Origin: Bacteroidales bacterium
Lineage (GTDB): Bacteria > Bacteroidota > Bacteroidia > Bacteroidales > VadinHA17
Direction of reading: 5' to 3'
Length of the DNA stretch: 64,000 nucleotides
Assembly: GCA_016928075.1 (NCBI GenBank)
Contig: JAFGLJ010000038.1
Location: 51,302-115,301, forward strand
This document shows positions 29,355 through 39,966 of the stretch, in pieces; the first letter of the stretch is position 1; each line of letters starts with the position of its first letter. The notes under the pieces are model-generated. The model was not told the DNA's origin and ran no database searches. It was given only the letters and a program-made list of their open reading frames with translations. Both the position numbers and the translations under genes were made by a program.

Positions 29355-32300
29355 ATGAGTGAAGCCATTCTGGATGCCCTGATACAATTGTTTGCATTGA
29401 TAGTTGATGTCGATGAGGAAAACATTGTATCGGAAAGGGAGAAAGAAGTGATACGTTCCTTCCTGACCCAACAGCTTAACAGCGAGCTGGCACAGAAATA
29501 TATGGTTATCTTCGAAGAATACCTGCTGTTATTTCATAAAGCTGACTATTACCAGGATTCAAGTAAAAAGGAGAAGCGCAAGCACCTGGCAGGGAAAAAG
29601 ATATGTGATATCTGCGAAAAAATGAATGAAGAACTGCAGCTTAGCCAGAAGATCTTTGTTGTAATCCAGCTGATAGAGTTTATTTCCCTGGGTGAAGTGA
29701 TTTCAAAAAAGGAATCCGATTTTCTTGAATCAGTCGCCCGGACTTTCAGAATCCCCGATAACGAATACTGGAATATCTTCAATTTTATTGTCGGCACTAT
29801 AAATGATATCCCTGAGCGTGATAAAATTCTTGTGGTTAACAACACCGAAAAATGTAAGTATGAGGATGTAAAACACAAATACGATCCAAATATTTCAGGC
29901 GAGCTGTACTTCCTCAGGATAGAAAGTACAAAGACCTATGTCCTTCGCTATTCGGGTTATGCTGATATTTACCTTAACAGCCAGAATATTGTAAGTGGCC
30001 GTACATACTCATTTGAGCATGGCTCATCCGTAAGAAGCCCAACGCTGAACACAATATTTTTTACCGATGTTGTAGGAATGTTCTCGGAGATCTTTGCCAA
30101 AGACAAAATATCCGTTACAGCAAAAGATGTATCCTTCTGGTTTAAGAATACACAGAACGGAATACAGAAATTTAACATGCATGCCAGGTCGGGCACCCTG
30201 GTGGCCGTTATGGGAGGATCAGGGGTAGGTAAATCAACCCTCATAAATGTGCTTAATGGTAACCTGAAACCTGACAGGGGTGAGGTATATTTTAACGGGT
30301 ATAACCTGAACGACCTGGAAGAAAGGAAAAAAATAAAGGGAATAATCGGCCTGGTTCCGCAGGAAGACCTGCTTATTGAGGATTTAACCGTACACCAGAA
30401 TCTTTACTTCAGCGCAAAACTTTGCCTTGATGACCTTGATGATGTACAAATAGAAGAGGTTGTGGACAGGGTGCTCGATGAACTTGACCTGAAAGATATT
30501 AAACATCTCAAGGTGGGTAGTCCCCTGAAAAAGATAATAAGCGGTGGACAGAGAAAAAGACTGAATATCGCCCTTGAACTTATCAGGGAACCTTCAGTCC
30601 TTTTTATTGACGAACCGACTTCCGGCCTTTCATCAGTGGATGCAGAAAATGTTATGAACCTGCTAAAAGAACAAACCGATAACGGCAAGCTGGTAATAGC
30701 AAATATCCATCAGCCATCGTCTTACCTGTACAAGATGTTTGATGAAATACTTATACTTGACAAGGGAGGCTATGAAATTTTTTATGGTAACCCGATGGAA
30801 GCAATAGTATATTTCAAAAGGATGAGTCGTCATGCCAATCCGGATGAAGATCAATGTGCTTTATGCGGCCATGTGAATACGGATCAGATGTTGCAAATAA
30901 TTGATGCCAAAGTTATCAATGAACATGGAAAGCTTACCAATAACCGGAAGGTATCACCTGAAGAATGGTCAAAACTGTTTGATCAGCATATATGGACCAG
31001 ACAGAAACCCGTAACCAGGAAGGAGAGAATACCCGAAAGCAATTTAAGCATACCCAATAAAATTAAGCAGACAATCCTTTTCTTCACAAGAGATCTCATA
31101 TCGAAAGTGGCCAACAGTCAGTATCTGCTTATCACACTGCTGGAAGCACCCCTGCTCGCACTTATAATGGGATACTTCACAAAATATATCAAGACTTCTT
31201 ACGATAGCACAGGAGAGTATATATTCTACTATAATGAGAACCTGCCGGCATACATCTTTATGTGCGTAATCGTTTCCCTGTTCCTGGGGCTTATAGTGAG
31301 TTCGGAAGAAATAATAAAAGACCGGAAGATACTTAAACGGGAATCATTTCTTAACCTCAGCAGGGTGAGCTATCTTAACTCAAAAGTGTTACTGCTATTC
31401 ATCCTTTCTGCTATACAAACGCTGTCATTTGTGGCAATAGGAAACCTTATACTTGAAATTAAAGGAATGACAGCCAGTTACTGGTTAATATTATTCTCAA
31501 CAAGCTGTTTTGCCAATATGCTGGGTCTGAATATATCGGCAGGCTTTGACAGGGTGATTACCGTATATGTCTTAATACCGTTTTTACTGATACCCCAGTT
31601 GCTCTTCAGCGGCGTAATAGTAAAATTTGATAAACTGCACAAATACTTTACCAACTTTGATTATGTTCCCGTGATAGGCGATATTATGACCTCACGCTGG
31701 GCTTACGAGGCACTTTCTGTTCACCAGTTCAAAGACGATAAATATCAGACCCTTATATATGACAGTGAAAGGGCAAAAAGCCAGTACTCGTGGTATTATG
31801 GCGAACTTGAACCTGAGCTTAATAAGAAAACTCAGGAATGCAGTATTGCCTTCGGAAAAGATGAATACCGGGATCATTTTGAAAACAATCTTTATAAACT
31901 GAGGAAATACGTTGGGATGTTATCGGCCAGGGCAGGCATTGACAATGATGATTTGATAGAAAAATACAACAGAGAGGATTTTGACACCGCAGTTGCCAGG
32001 TTGTCCCTTGAAAGATTGGGAACCCTGAGACAATATTTCCTGGCCCAGTTCCTGAAGGCGCGGGATGCATCTGATTCCACTTTGTCTGCAGTTGAAAATC
32101 AATATGGTCATGATTACCTGCAGACTCTTAAATTCGACTATCATAATGAGAACCTGGAAAATTTCTGTCTCAATCTCAGGAGTACAGACCGCATAATTGA
32201 GACCAGGGAAAAGATTATCCAGAAGACAGACCCAGTATATATGATGCCTACATCAAATTATGGAAGGGCTCAGTTTTATGCCCCGTGTAAAATACTGGGA

Positions 32301-32432
32301 AACATACATATCGACACTTACTGGTTTAACCTGATGGCTATCTGGCTTTTAACCCTGATATTCTATGTCACTTTATATACTGACCTGCTGAGGAAAACAA
32401 TCAATTATTTCGGTCGGGTAGAGAAAATATAA
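29355..32432 (+). CDS. ABCG/White-like fused ABC transporter (TerB-like N-terminus, NBD, ABC-2 membrane domain)
   Basis: GGSGVGKST; ISGGQRKR; DEPTSGL; IHQPS; C-terminal TM helices with PQLLFSG. Confidence 0.9.
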   Translation: MSEAILDALIQLFALIVDVDEENIVSEREKEVIRSFLTQQLNSELAQKYMVIFEEYLLLFHKADYYQDSSKKEKRKHLAGKKICDICEKMNEELQLSQKIFVVIQLIEFISLGEVISKKESDFLESVARTFRIPDNEYWNIFNFIVGTINDIPERDKILVVNNTEKCKYEDVKHKYDPNISGELYFLRIESTKTYVLRYSGYADIYLNSQNIVSGRTYSFEHGSSVRSPTLNTIFFTDVVGMFSEIFAKDKISVTAKDVSFWFKNTQNGIQKFNMHARSGTLVAVMGGSGVGKSTLINVLNGNLKPDRGEVYFNGYNLNDLEERKKIKGIIGLVPQEDLLIEDLTVHQNLYFSAKLCLDDLDDVQIEEVVDRVLDELDLKDIKHLKVGSPLKKIISGGQRKRLNIALELIREPSVLFIDEPTSGLSSVDAENVMNLLKEQTDNGKLVIANIHQPSSYLYKMFDEILILDKGGYEIFYGNPMEAIVYFKRMSRHANPDEDQCALCGHVNTDQMLQIIDAKVINEHGKLTNNRKVSPEEWSKLFDQHIWTRQKPVTRKERIPESNLSIPNKIKQTILFFTRDLISKVANSQYLLITLLEAPLLALIMGYFTKYIKTSYDSTGEYIFYYNENLPAYIFMCVIVSLFLGLIVSSEEIIKDRKILKRESFLNLSRVSYLNSKVLLLFILSAIQTLSFVAIGNLILEIKGMTASYWLILFSTSCFANMLGLNISAGFDRVITVYVLIPFLLIPQLLFSGVIVKFDKLHKYFTNFDYVPVIGDIMTSRWAYEALSVHQFKDDKYQTLIYDSERAKSQYSWYYGELEPELNKKTQECSIAFGKDEYRDHFENNLYKLRKYVGMLSARAGIDNDDLIEKYNREDFDTAVARLSLERLGTLRQYFLAQFLKARDASDSTLSAVENQYGHDYLQTLKFDYHNENLENFCLNLRSTDRIIETREKIIQKTDPVYMMPTSNYGRAQFYAPCKILGNIHIDTYWFNLMAIWLLTLIFYVTLYTDLLRKTINYFGRVEKI

Positions 32433-32436
32433 CTTT

Positions 32437-32643
32437 TCACTTTCCTTTAACTAGCTCCAGGATCCTTTTTTCATATTTTTCGTCCGCTATCAATGCGCCC
32501 CAGCCCTGCTGACCGGTGAATAATCCGTCATATGCCGAATCGTGATAGTTCCTGATAATATGAGGAATACCCTCCCTGTCGAGAATGTCCTTTATCCTCT
32601 GTGCTTCAAACTGGTTGTCAATTGTTAAAATACGCTTGCTCAT
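32437..32643 (-). CDS. DUF2007-like putative signal-transducing small protein
   Basis: NQFEAQRIKDIL...GIPH...YHDSAYDGLF. Confidence 0.8.
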   Translation of the reverse strand: MSKRILTIDNQFEAQRIKDILDREGIPHIIRNYHDSAYDGLFTGQQGWGALIADEKYEKRILELVKGK

Positions 32644-32649
32644 TTAAAA

Positions 32650-32790
32650 ATGTTTAGTTGTTGAGGTGTTTAGTTGTTGAGGTGTTGAACTGTGTAATCG
32701 TTGAACTGGGAATAACTTCGAACTTCGAAATTCGGTGTTCATCATTCAAAACCTTTCTAACATCCCCCTAACCCCCTTTAAAGGGGGAAC
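32650..32790. repeat. Octamer tandem repeats plus C/G-run palindrome
   Basis: (tgtttagt tgttgagg)x2; catccccctaaccccctttaaaggggga, with an inverted related copy at 38566..38596. Confidence 0.8.
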
Positions 32791-32805
32791 CTTAGAGTAA
32801 AATTA

Positions 32806-34260
32806 TTACTTTTTCTTAAAAATATATTGCTCCTGGATGAATACTTCAGTTATTTCTCCTGATTCGTTACGAATAAATTCGAATGATGCACCATCATCTT
32901 TATTAAAAAACAGTAGTTCTGATTCGGGATACATTTTAAAACTCATTCCGTTCCATAACTGTGTGCCTTCAAGGTGATCATTGACAGCTGATATTTCCAC
33001 TATCAGATCCTCACCCTGCCAGTTCATAAAATACTCTCCTTCGAATTCAGTCAGATCTATTTCATCAACATCAATTATTTTTTTCTTTATTGGCTTATAG
33101 ATACCCCAGCCATAAACATTAGAGAATGATCTCATTATCTCTGAAATAAGTTCACCTCCGTTATCACTGTTGGTCATTATGGCAATGCCTGGGCCTTCTT
33201 TTGCAAAAGCCAAAAGCTGGCACCTGTATCCCTCGTTTGCACCACCATGGCTGAACCTGAGCGAATCACCTTCACCGTTTATTCCCGGTCCGAGCCCGTG
33301 CGAATCCATCTGTGCTGTGAGCATCTCTTCTGTCATTCCGGCTGAGATTATCCTGTTAGACTCACCCTTCAAGGATTGCTGAACCTCGAGAGCATATTTT
33401 AAGAGATCGGAAGGGCACGTCCACAGTCCGGCCGCGGCCATCTCGGGATAGGTATGCCAGCGACCTTTAACTATTTTACCGTCCGGTTTATGACCAACTG
33501 CTGCGTTATCTTCCAGTTCCTGAGGTAATGGCTGTTGATATGTGCTGTTAGTCATATCAATCTCAGTTAACACATTCTCTTGCATAAGTTCAGGGAAGCT
33601 CAGTCCGGTAATATCACAAAGCATTTTCTGCATAACCGTATATCCACCACCTGAATACCTGTATATCGAACCGGGTATTGTGTCGGGGTAGATACGACCT
33701 GAATTTGCAGAACCTTCTCCGTTAAGAACCTGTATTATATCGGGGACCGTATCAGTTGTTGAATACCCTCCGAAGCCGTGAACGGTCAGTCCGGCCGAGT
33801 GGGACAGAATTCTTCTGAGCGTAACTTTCTCATTCTGTGTGTATTCATTTTCTTCTACCTGCCATCCTTCGAGATACATATTCACATCATCATCAAGGCT
33901 CAGTTTACCCTCCTCCACCAGGTGCAGGGCTGCTATTGCAGCAACTGGTTTACTGATGGATGCTGCCTGGAAGAGCGTGTGTTCATTAACAGGCCCGGTA
34001 CTGTCAGCCGTGAGATATCCATATCCTTTCGCCCATTTTATCTCTCCGTCATTAAGGAAGGCAATGCTTACTCCCGGAACTTTGTAGTGTTCCATCCTCT
34101 CATAAATATTGTAAGATACCATTGAATCACCTTCAATGATAACAATTGGCATAAGGCTGTTTTCAATTCTGTCTATAAGCGTTACATCTTTATCCTCCTT
34201 TTGTTTGCAGGCTGCAATTAAAACAGCAAGGGATATTAAGATAAATATTAGGTTCTTCAT
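32806..34260 (-). CDS. Serine hydrolase, beta-lactamase class C-like lipoprotein with C-terminal DUF3471-like domain
   Basis: Lipobox IAAC; ASISK (SxxK); LLSH-like ILSHSAG; YSGGG; HGG. Confidence 0.92.
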   Translation of the reverse strand: MKNLIFILISLAVLIAACKQKEDKDVTLIDRIENSLMPIVIIEGDSMVSYNIYERMEHYKVPGVSIAFLNDGEIKWAKGYGYLTADSTGPVNEHTLFQAASISKPVAAIAALHLVEEGKLSLDDDVNMYLEGWQVEENEYTQNEKVTLRRILSHSAGLTVHGFGGYSTTDTVPDIIQVLNGEGSANSGRIYPDTIPGSIYRYSGGGYTVMQKMLCDITGLSFPELMQENVLTEIDMTNSTYQQPLPQELEDNAAVGHKPDGKIVKGRWHTYPEMAAAGLWTCPSDLLKYALEVQQSLKGESNRIISAGMTEEMLTAQMDSHGLGPGINGEGDSLRFSHGGANEGYRCQLLAFAKEGPGIAIMTNSDNGGELISEIMRSFSNVYGWGIYKPIKKKIIDVDEIDLTEFEGEYFMNWQGEDLIVEISAVNDHLEGTQLWNGMSFKMYPESELLFFNKDDGASFEFIRNESGEITEVFIQEQYIFKKK

Positions 34261-34330
34261 GGTAATTTGGTTATTATTGATTGTAAAAATATGACGAATC
34301 AAATATTTAAGGGTTACAAGAAGATTAAAG

Positions 34331-35632
34331 ATGGTAAAAATAATTATTTATTTATCCACATTACTTGCATTAGTTTCATGCACCAGGGTAAATGATATCG
34401 AAAAACCCAATATTATCCTGATCCTGGCCGATGATATGGGATATGAATGTTTAGGCTGTAACGGAAGCCTGTCGTACAATACTCCTGTACTGGATGATCT
34501 GGCTTCATCAGGCTTAAGGTTTACCAATTGTTACGCTCAGCCCTTATGTACACCATCAAGGGTAAAGATCATGACCGGCAAATACAATTACAGGAATTAT
34601 GAATATTTCGGATACCTGGATGAAAATGAACTGACTTTTGGCACCCTGTTTAAAGAAGCCGGTTATGCCACCTGCATTGCAGGCAAATGGCAGCTTAACG
34701 GACTGTCATATGATCTGCCGGGTTATGATGACAACAGCCGTCCGTATCTTTTCGGTTTTGATGAATACTGCCTCTGGCAGCTGACAGTGCCCGGCAATGA
34801 AGGAAGCAGATATGCCGATCCTGTTATTGAAAAGAATGGTGAAATGCTGAGACCGGGAATAGAAAAATATGGCCCTGATATTTTTACCGACTTCATCATC
34901 GATTTCGTAAAAAGAAGGAAAGAGCAGCCCTTATTTATCTATTACCCGATGGTACTGGTGCATAATCCCTTTGTGCCCACACCGGATTCGGAAGAATGGA
35001 ATGATCCGGTGATGAAACTGCAGCAGGACAATAAGTACTTTAGTGATATGGTGAATTATACAGATAAACTTGTTGGAAGGATAGTTACTTCATTGAAAGA
35101 GAATGGAATCTTCGATAAAACCATAGTAATATTCACCGGGGATAATGGTACCAACAGGAGTATTGTCACTGAAACAAACTATGGAACAGTAAGGGGTTTC
35201 AAAGGGAATACTACCGATGCAGGCACCAGGGTACCGCTTGTTATAAGCTGGCCAGATGAGATTAACAGGCCTTCAGTGTATGACGGGCTGGTAGATTTTT
35301 CCGATTTCATGCCCACATTTGCTGATCTTGTAAATGCCGATATTGTGTCGGATGGGAGATCATTACTGCCGCTATTTACGGATGAAGAATTCATTGAAAA
35401 AGAATCAATCTTCATGCATTACGACCCGCGCTGGGGAGCCAACGCTAACAAATACCGTAACCAGTTCGCGCGGACAAAAGAATACAAGTTGTACCAGGAT
35501 GGGAAATTCTACTATCTGCCTGATGATGTGCTGGAACTTTTTCCATTGCCCGATTCAATACTCACTGAAGAACAGGTAGCAATAAAGAACCATCTGCAAG
35601 AACTTATAGATAAAGCTCCTCAATGGAAATAA
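34331..35632 (+). CDS. Sulfatase (S1, Cys-type) lipoprotein
   Basis: PNIILILADDMGY; CTPSR; GKWQL; GDNG. Confidence 0.95.
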   Translation: MVKIIIYLSTLLALVSCTRVNDIEKPNIILILADDMGYECLGCNGSLSYNTPVLDDLASSGLRFTNCYAQPLCTPSRVKIMTGKYNYRNYEYFGYLDENELTFGTLFKEAGYATCIAGKWQLNGLSYDLPGYDDNSRPYLFGFDEYCLWQLTVPGNEGSRYADPVIEKNGEMLRPGIEKYGPDIFTDFIIDFVKRRKEQPLFIYYPMVLVHNPFVPTPDSEEWNDPVMKLQQDNKYFSDMVNYTDKLVGRIVTSLKENGIFDKTIVIFTGDNGTNRSIVTETNYGTVRGFKGNTTDAGTRVPLVISWPDEINRPSVYDGLVDFSDFMPTFADLVNADIVSDGRSLLPLFTDEEFIEKESIFMHYDPRWGANANKYRNQFARTKEYKLYQDGKFYYLPDDVLELFPLPDSILTEEQVAIKNHLQELIDKAPQWK

Positions 35633-35680
35633 AGTACTAAATAATTCTTAAATCTTAAATCGTTAACCTTCATTCTTATA

Positions 35681-36973
35681 TCAGAAGCTTGTAAAGTCCC
35701 ATTTTCCCCTGAAAGGCCTTGTCAGAAGATCATTTGCACCATCATCATCGATAAACCTTTCGTGTGCCGGCGACCATTTAAGTGGTCTTTCCAGGTCATA
35801 GGCGATATTAACAATATTGCAGAGTGATGCTGTGCGGTGACCGATTTCCACGTCCGAAACAGGTTTTGTCCTTTTCTTGACTGCATCTATCCAGTCCTGG
35901 TAATGGTTTTCGCTTTTATACAATCGTGTATCGCCAGGCCCGGGTTCTTTTTCTGTCAGTCCTTTTATGTCGGAGCGATAGAATTCCCTGCTTATTTCTA
36001 TCTTACCTTCAGAACCAAGGAATTGCACTGCATTGAATTCACCCCAGTCTTTATGGTACATCTCCACGCCGCTATCATAAATCATCTTCATCCCCCTTTT
36101 GGCGTGCGGTCCTGGCGCAATAAACTCGACCGGTCCTGAGTTATCCATTCCCAGTGCCCACTGGGCGATATCGAACATATGGGCTCCCCAGTCGGTTATA
36201 TAACCTCCTCCAAAGCCCCGGTATTCCCTCCACAGTGCCCACCGTGTGTCCTCAATGGGCGGTGCCAGGTCGGGGTGGTAACTTCTGTACAGGGAGGGCC
36301 CCACCCAGAGGTCCCAGTTAAGATAATCTGGAGTTTCAACCGGTGGCAGCTCGCATGCCCTGTGTGGATCACCAACGCTTACATTTATAGTTTTGATATC
36401 ACCAATGTATCCATTTCTCACCATCTCGCAGGCATGCCTGAAGTTGCGCCATGAGCGCTGCATATTACCTGTCTGGAACACCCTGTTATATTTACGTGCT
36501 GATGATACCATGGCCCTGCCTTCGGCAACAGTGAGAGCCAGGGGCTTTTCGCAATAAATGTCTTTTCCCGCTTTTGCTGAATCGACTGCTATCATTGCAT
36601 GCCAGTGATCAGGAGTAACAATAACAACTGCATCAATATCATCTCGTTCGAGCAGTTCCCTGTAGTTTTCATATATGTCAACAGGTTGCTTACCCCCGTT
36701 AAGCTTTTTGGAATTTGCCTTTTCTGCTTCTTTCCTGAAGTTATTTAGCTTTATACTGTCCACATCACATGCTGCAAGCACTATTGTTTCAGGACAACCA
36801 TTGACAGATCCAAGAAGTCCATAGCTCTGTTTGCCTACGCCAATGTATCCGAGGTTAATTTTATCATTCGGGGATGAATAGCCTTTACCACCCATTACGT
36901 GGCGGGGGATTATAGTGAGTGCACCTGCACCCAGGGCAGCCCTGCCGATAAAGTTTCTGCGGTTCATAGTCAT
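35681..36973 (-). CDS. Gfo/Idh/MocA oxidoreductase with Tat signal
   Basis: NRRNFI; TPDHWH; CEKP; DWGAH. Confidence 0.93.
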   Translation of the reverse strand: MTMNRRNFIGRAALGAGALTIIPRHVMGGKGYSSPNDKINLGYIGVGKQSYGLLGSVNGCPETIVLAACDVDSIKLNNFRKEAEKANSKKLNGGKQPVDIYENYRELLERDDIDAVVIVTPDHWHAMIAVDSAKAGKDIYCEKPLALTVAEGRAMVSSARKYNRVFQTGNMQRSWRNFRHACEMVRNGYIGDIKTINVSVGDPHRACELPPVETPDYLNWDLWVGPSLYRSYHPDLAPPIEDTRWALWREYRGFGGGYITDWGAHMFDIAQWALGMDNSGPVEFIAPGPHAKRGMKMIYDSGVEMYHKDWGEFNAVQFLGSEGKIEISREFYRSDIKGLTEKEPGPGDTRLYKSENHYQDWIDAVKKRTKPVSDVEIGHRTASLCNIVNIAYDLERPLKWSPAHERFIDDDGANDLLTRPFRGKWDFTSF

Positions 36974-37131
36974 TGTGATAGTTTTAGGGTGTTTACGATA
37001 TAAATATAAGAGATGTGAGCCTTAATTCAATATGTTAATGTACAGAAATATCGGGAAATCATCTGATGTGTATTGATTCTGAGTGATTAAATATATAAAT
37101 TCAATGCCATTATAACCTAAAACCACATGCT

Positions 37132-38535
37132 ATGAATAATAATTTTGCGCGTTTGATATGCTTGTTTGTATTAATCTGTATTGCTTCGGTTACTGTTTGC
37201 CAGAGAGCTGAAATAAATAAGGAGGAGTTTATGAAAAGGAGGCAGGCTTTGATGGGGAAAGTTGATGCCGATATGATACTTCTTTTCGGTAAACCAAAAT
37301 CTGAGACGGGAACTCCTTTCAGACAGGATAACGACTTTTACTATTTTACAGGAATAGAGGATGCCGGTTCAGCCCTTATATTATTGCCCGCATCAGGACA
37401 ATCAATCCTTTTGCAACCGGTATTGTCGCCTCGGGAGATTTACTTTTCGGGTTCCAACCTTTTATGCAATAACAGTGATCCTGCAGAAATGGGCTTTGAT
37501 GACATTGTCCCTGTGTCTGACCTCGATGAGTACATAGTCAGAAATTGCGGCAGAAAGAGTGGCTCAGATCTTTTTATACGGATAATGCCACCCGATGTGG
37601 TAAACGGTGGAAGAATGGAAATGGATCTTCATTATGCAAGGTCAACAAGATCACATTATAATGACCAGGTAACACTTAATACTTACAGGGTAAATAAGCT
37701 TAAGCACAGGTATCCTTATATAAATTTCCGGGATATTTCACCATACATTGATGAGTTGAGGGTTATAAAGACGGAATGGGAAAAAGACATTCTGCGTAAG
37801 AATGGCAGGGTATCTGCTGAAGGAGTGAAGGCAGCTATAATGGTAACGGAGCCAGGTGTTTACGAGTACCAGATTGAAGCAGCGGCTATGAATGTTGTAT
37901 CATCACATGGGGCACTGGGACCGGCCTATCCTCCTATAGTGGCCAGCGGACCAAATACCTGCACTTTACATTATGAAAAGAGTTCAAGACAGACGGAGGA
38001 TGGTGATCTCCTTCTTATTGATTTTGGTGCATGCATGGATTATATGACAATGGATATATCCAGGACATGGCCTGTAAATGGCAGGTTCAGTCCCGAGCAG
38101 AGAAAAGTGTACACCCTTTTGCTCGAAATTCAGAAAGCCTGTATTGAGTCTTATAAGCCCGGTGTTAAAGAGGAGGATGTTATTGCTTATGTATATAAGA
38201 AATTGGGGACAATGAAATTTGATCTGACCGGTCTTGAAAATTATATTTCTCATTCTATGAAGCCTCCTGTTGAAAACGGGAAACTGAAGATTGAAAACAT
38301 TATCAGCGGTTTTGGACATTTTGTTGGTATGGCAGTGCATGATGTTGGCGAGTATGGGGATGAAGGGCTGAAGCCGGGCATGGTTTTCGCAATAGAACCC
38401 GGGTTGTATAATCCGGATACCGGAATAGGTATAAGGATAGAAGATACGGTACTTATCACAGAGGACGGATGTGAAGTACTGTCCGAAGCGGTACCAAAAG
38501 AGATTGATGAGATAGAAGAACTGATGAAAAATTAG
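37132..38535 (+). CDS. Xaa-Pro aminopeptidase (M24B)
   Basis: FRQDNDFYYFTG; LHY; IDFG..DISRTWP; GHFVG.AVHD; IEPG.Y; GIRIED. Confidence 0.93.
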   Translation: MNNNFARLICLFVLICIASVTVCQRAEINKEEFMKRRQALMGKVDADMILLFGKPKSETGTPFRQDNDFYYFTGIEDAGSALILLPASGQSILLQPVLSPREIYFSGSNLLCNNSDPAEMGFDDIVPVSDLDEYIVRNCGRKSGSDLFIRIMPPDVVNGGRMEMDLHYARSTRSHYNDQVTLNTYRVNKLKHRYPYINFRDISPYIDELRVIKTEWEKDILRKNGRVSAEGVKAAIMVTEPGVYEYQIEAAAMNVVSSHGALGPAYPPIVASGPNTCTLHYEKSSRQTEDGDLLLIDFGACMDYMTMDISRTWPVNGRFSPEQRKVYTLLLEIQKACIESYKPGVKEEDVIAYVYKKLGTMKFDLTGLENYISHSMKPPVENGKLKIENIISGFGHFVGMAVHDVGEYGDEGLKPGMVFAIEPGLYNPDTGIGIRIEDTVLITEDGCEVLSEAVPKEIDEIEELMKN

Positions 38536-38565
38536 TATTGGAATAATGAATTATTTGCAAACCGG

Positions 38566-38760
38566 ATCCCCCTTTGAAGGGGGTCAGGGGGATGTAAATT
38601 AACTGGAATATTATATTATTAAAATACTGGATTGTTGATATTACCGGATGATGAATTTGTAGCTAGAGGTTTCCCTTCCTTGAATTTTGTTAAAAGTTTA
38701 AGGAGGGGTGCCCTTGCCCGAATAAGCCATAAGGTATATGAGGGTTAAGGATGGGGTGGT
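38566..38760. repeat. Two palindromic intergenic repeat elements
   Basis: atccccctttgaagggggtcagggggatgt (inverse of the 32760 copy); ttcccttcctt...aaggaggggtgccc...ggggtggt. Confidence 0.7.
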
Positions 38761-38838
38761 TTATATGTATTTTTCCTGCACTTGGCGATATTTGTATTAT
38801 TGCTGCAATATTTTTAAAATATTATTGCTGATAAATGC

Positions 38839-38869
38839 TTTGTCGAATAGCATACTTTTCCTATTTTTG
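38839..38869 (+). promoter_or_regulatory. Bacteroidota sigmaA promoter of tRNA-Ser
   Basis: TTTG (38839) N19 TATTTTTG (38862-38869) matches the -33/-7 consensus. Confidence 0.7.
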
Positions 38870-38893
38870 TTGCGCTAAAATCAGCTATTCATT

Positions 38894-38984
<91 letters not shown>

Positions 38985-38985
<1 letters not shown>

Positions 38986-39160
38986 GAGCAATCAAAACAA
39001 ATCCCGCATCAACGGGATTTTTATTTAGAAGCTCCTTGTCGTCATAAACTTGTTTATGTAAGGCAAGGAGCTTCTAAATAGAAAAGCCATAGGCTTGTTT
39101 TGATTGCTCTTTAGCTACCCATACACGGGATCTTGAGGAGCGAAGCGACGAATAATCCCC
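38985..39160 (+). repeat. Foldback cassette 3' of tRNA-Ser, including the terminator
   Basis: 16-bp perfect IR agagcaatcaaaacaa/ttgttttgattgctct; long central hairpin; duplicated T-arm heptamer at 39154-39160. Confidence 0.8.
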
Positions 39161-39239
39161 GACTACAATGTCCAAATAACCTGAATAATCCTTGACTTAT
39201 TTTAAGATCTATGATAACTTGCTATTCAGAGAAACGAAC

Positions 39240-39923
39240 ATGTATTTTACGAACAATTATATAAAGCTAATAATATGCATAATACCGCTGGTTTTTACAT
39301 GTCAGTGTGAGGACGATAATTACCCTGCCAGGGAAAGAACGCCAGTTTATGCCGGGATGTATGATGCAAGCTTCGTTTACCAGGAATTTGAACCACCACT
39401 AAAGGTTACCCTGGAGCTGGACACATCATATAATTTCTATTAAGGGTATGATTCAGTTGACATTGATCAAAATGGTATATATGACTTTTTTATTGAAGAA
39501 ACAATTGAGAAGGAGAAGCTGGATTCATATAAGTCAGGAATAGATTTCTATAATTCACATTATGAGATAAAACTAAGAAATTATTTTGAAGTTGTATTTA
39601 AGAAAGAAGATCTGCCTATTGGTCCGGGTATGTATGCTCGAATAAGCTGGGTGGATACAATAAGTTATAATACCAGAATTGATACGATTTCATACTGGGA
39701 CTGGAGGAAAATACAAGACTTCCCCATTTCAATGTGGAGAGACAGCACAATAACATGTACAGGATCTTATTTTTCAAATGGTTGTTGGTATGATGTAGGT
39801 GAAAAGATTAGATATATAGCTATAAGAAAGAAGAGCGGGTATGATTATAAATACGGGTGGCTAAAAGTAAATGCAGCTTCACGATATCAACTGGCCTTTA
39901 TGAGCTGTGCTTTTGAGAAGTGA
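39240..39923 (+). pseudogene. Putative lipoprotein gene interrupted by one in-frame TAA (39441-39443)
   Basis: The frame continues without stops from 39444 (GYDSVDIDQNGIYDF...) into ORF 39630..39923; ends in YGWLKV...AFE. Confidence 0.8.
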
Positions 39924-39966
39924 ACCTGCTGATATAAATTTAAGCTCATACTATAAACCAGATAAA

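Noticed and set aside
39441-39443. Programmed stop recoding (Sec/Pyl or alternative code)
   Set aside because: The codon is TAA, which is used as a normal stop throughout the window; a nonsense mutation or sequencing error is simpler
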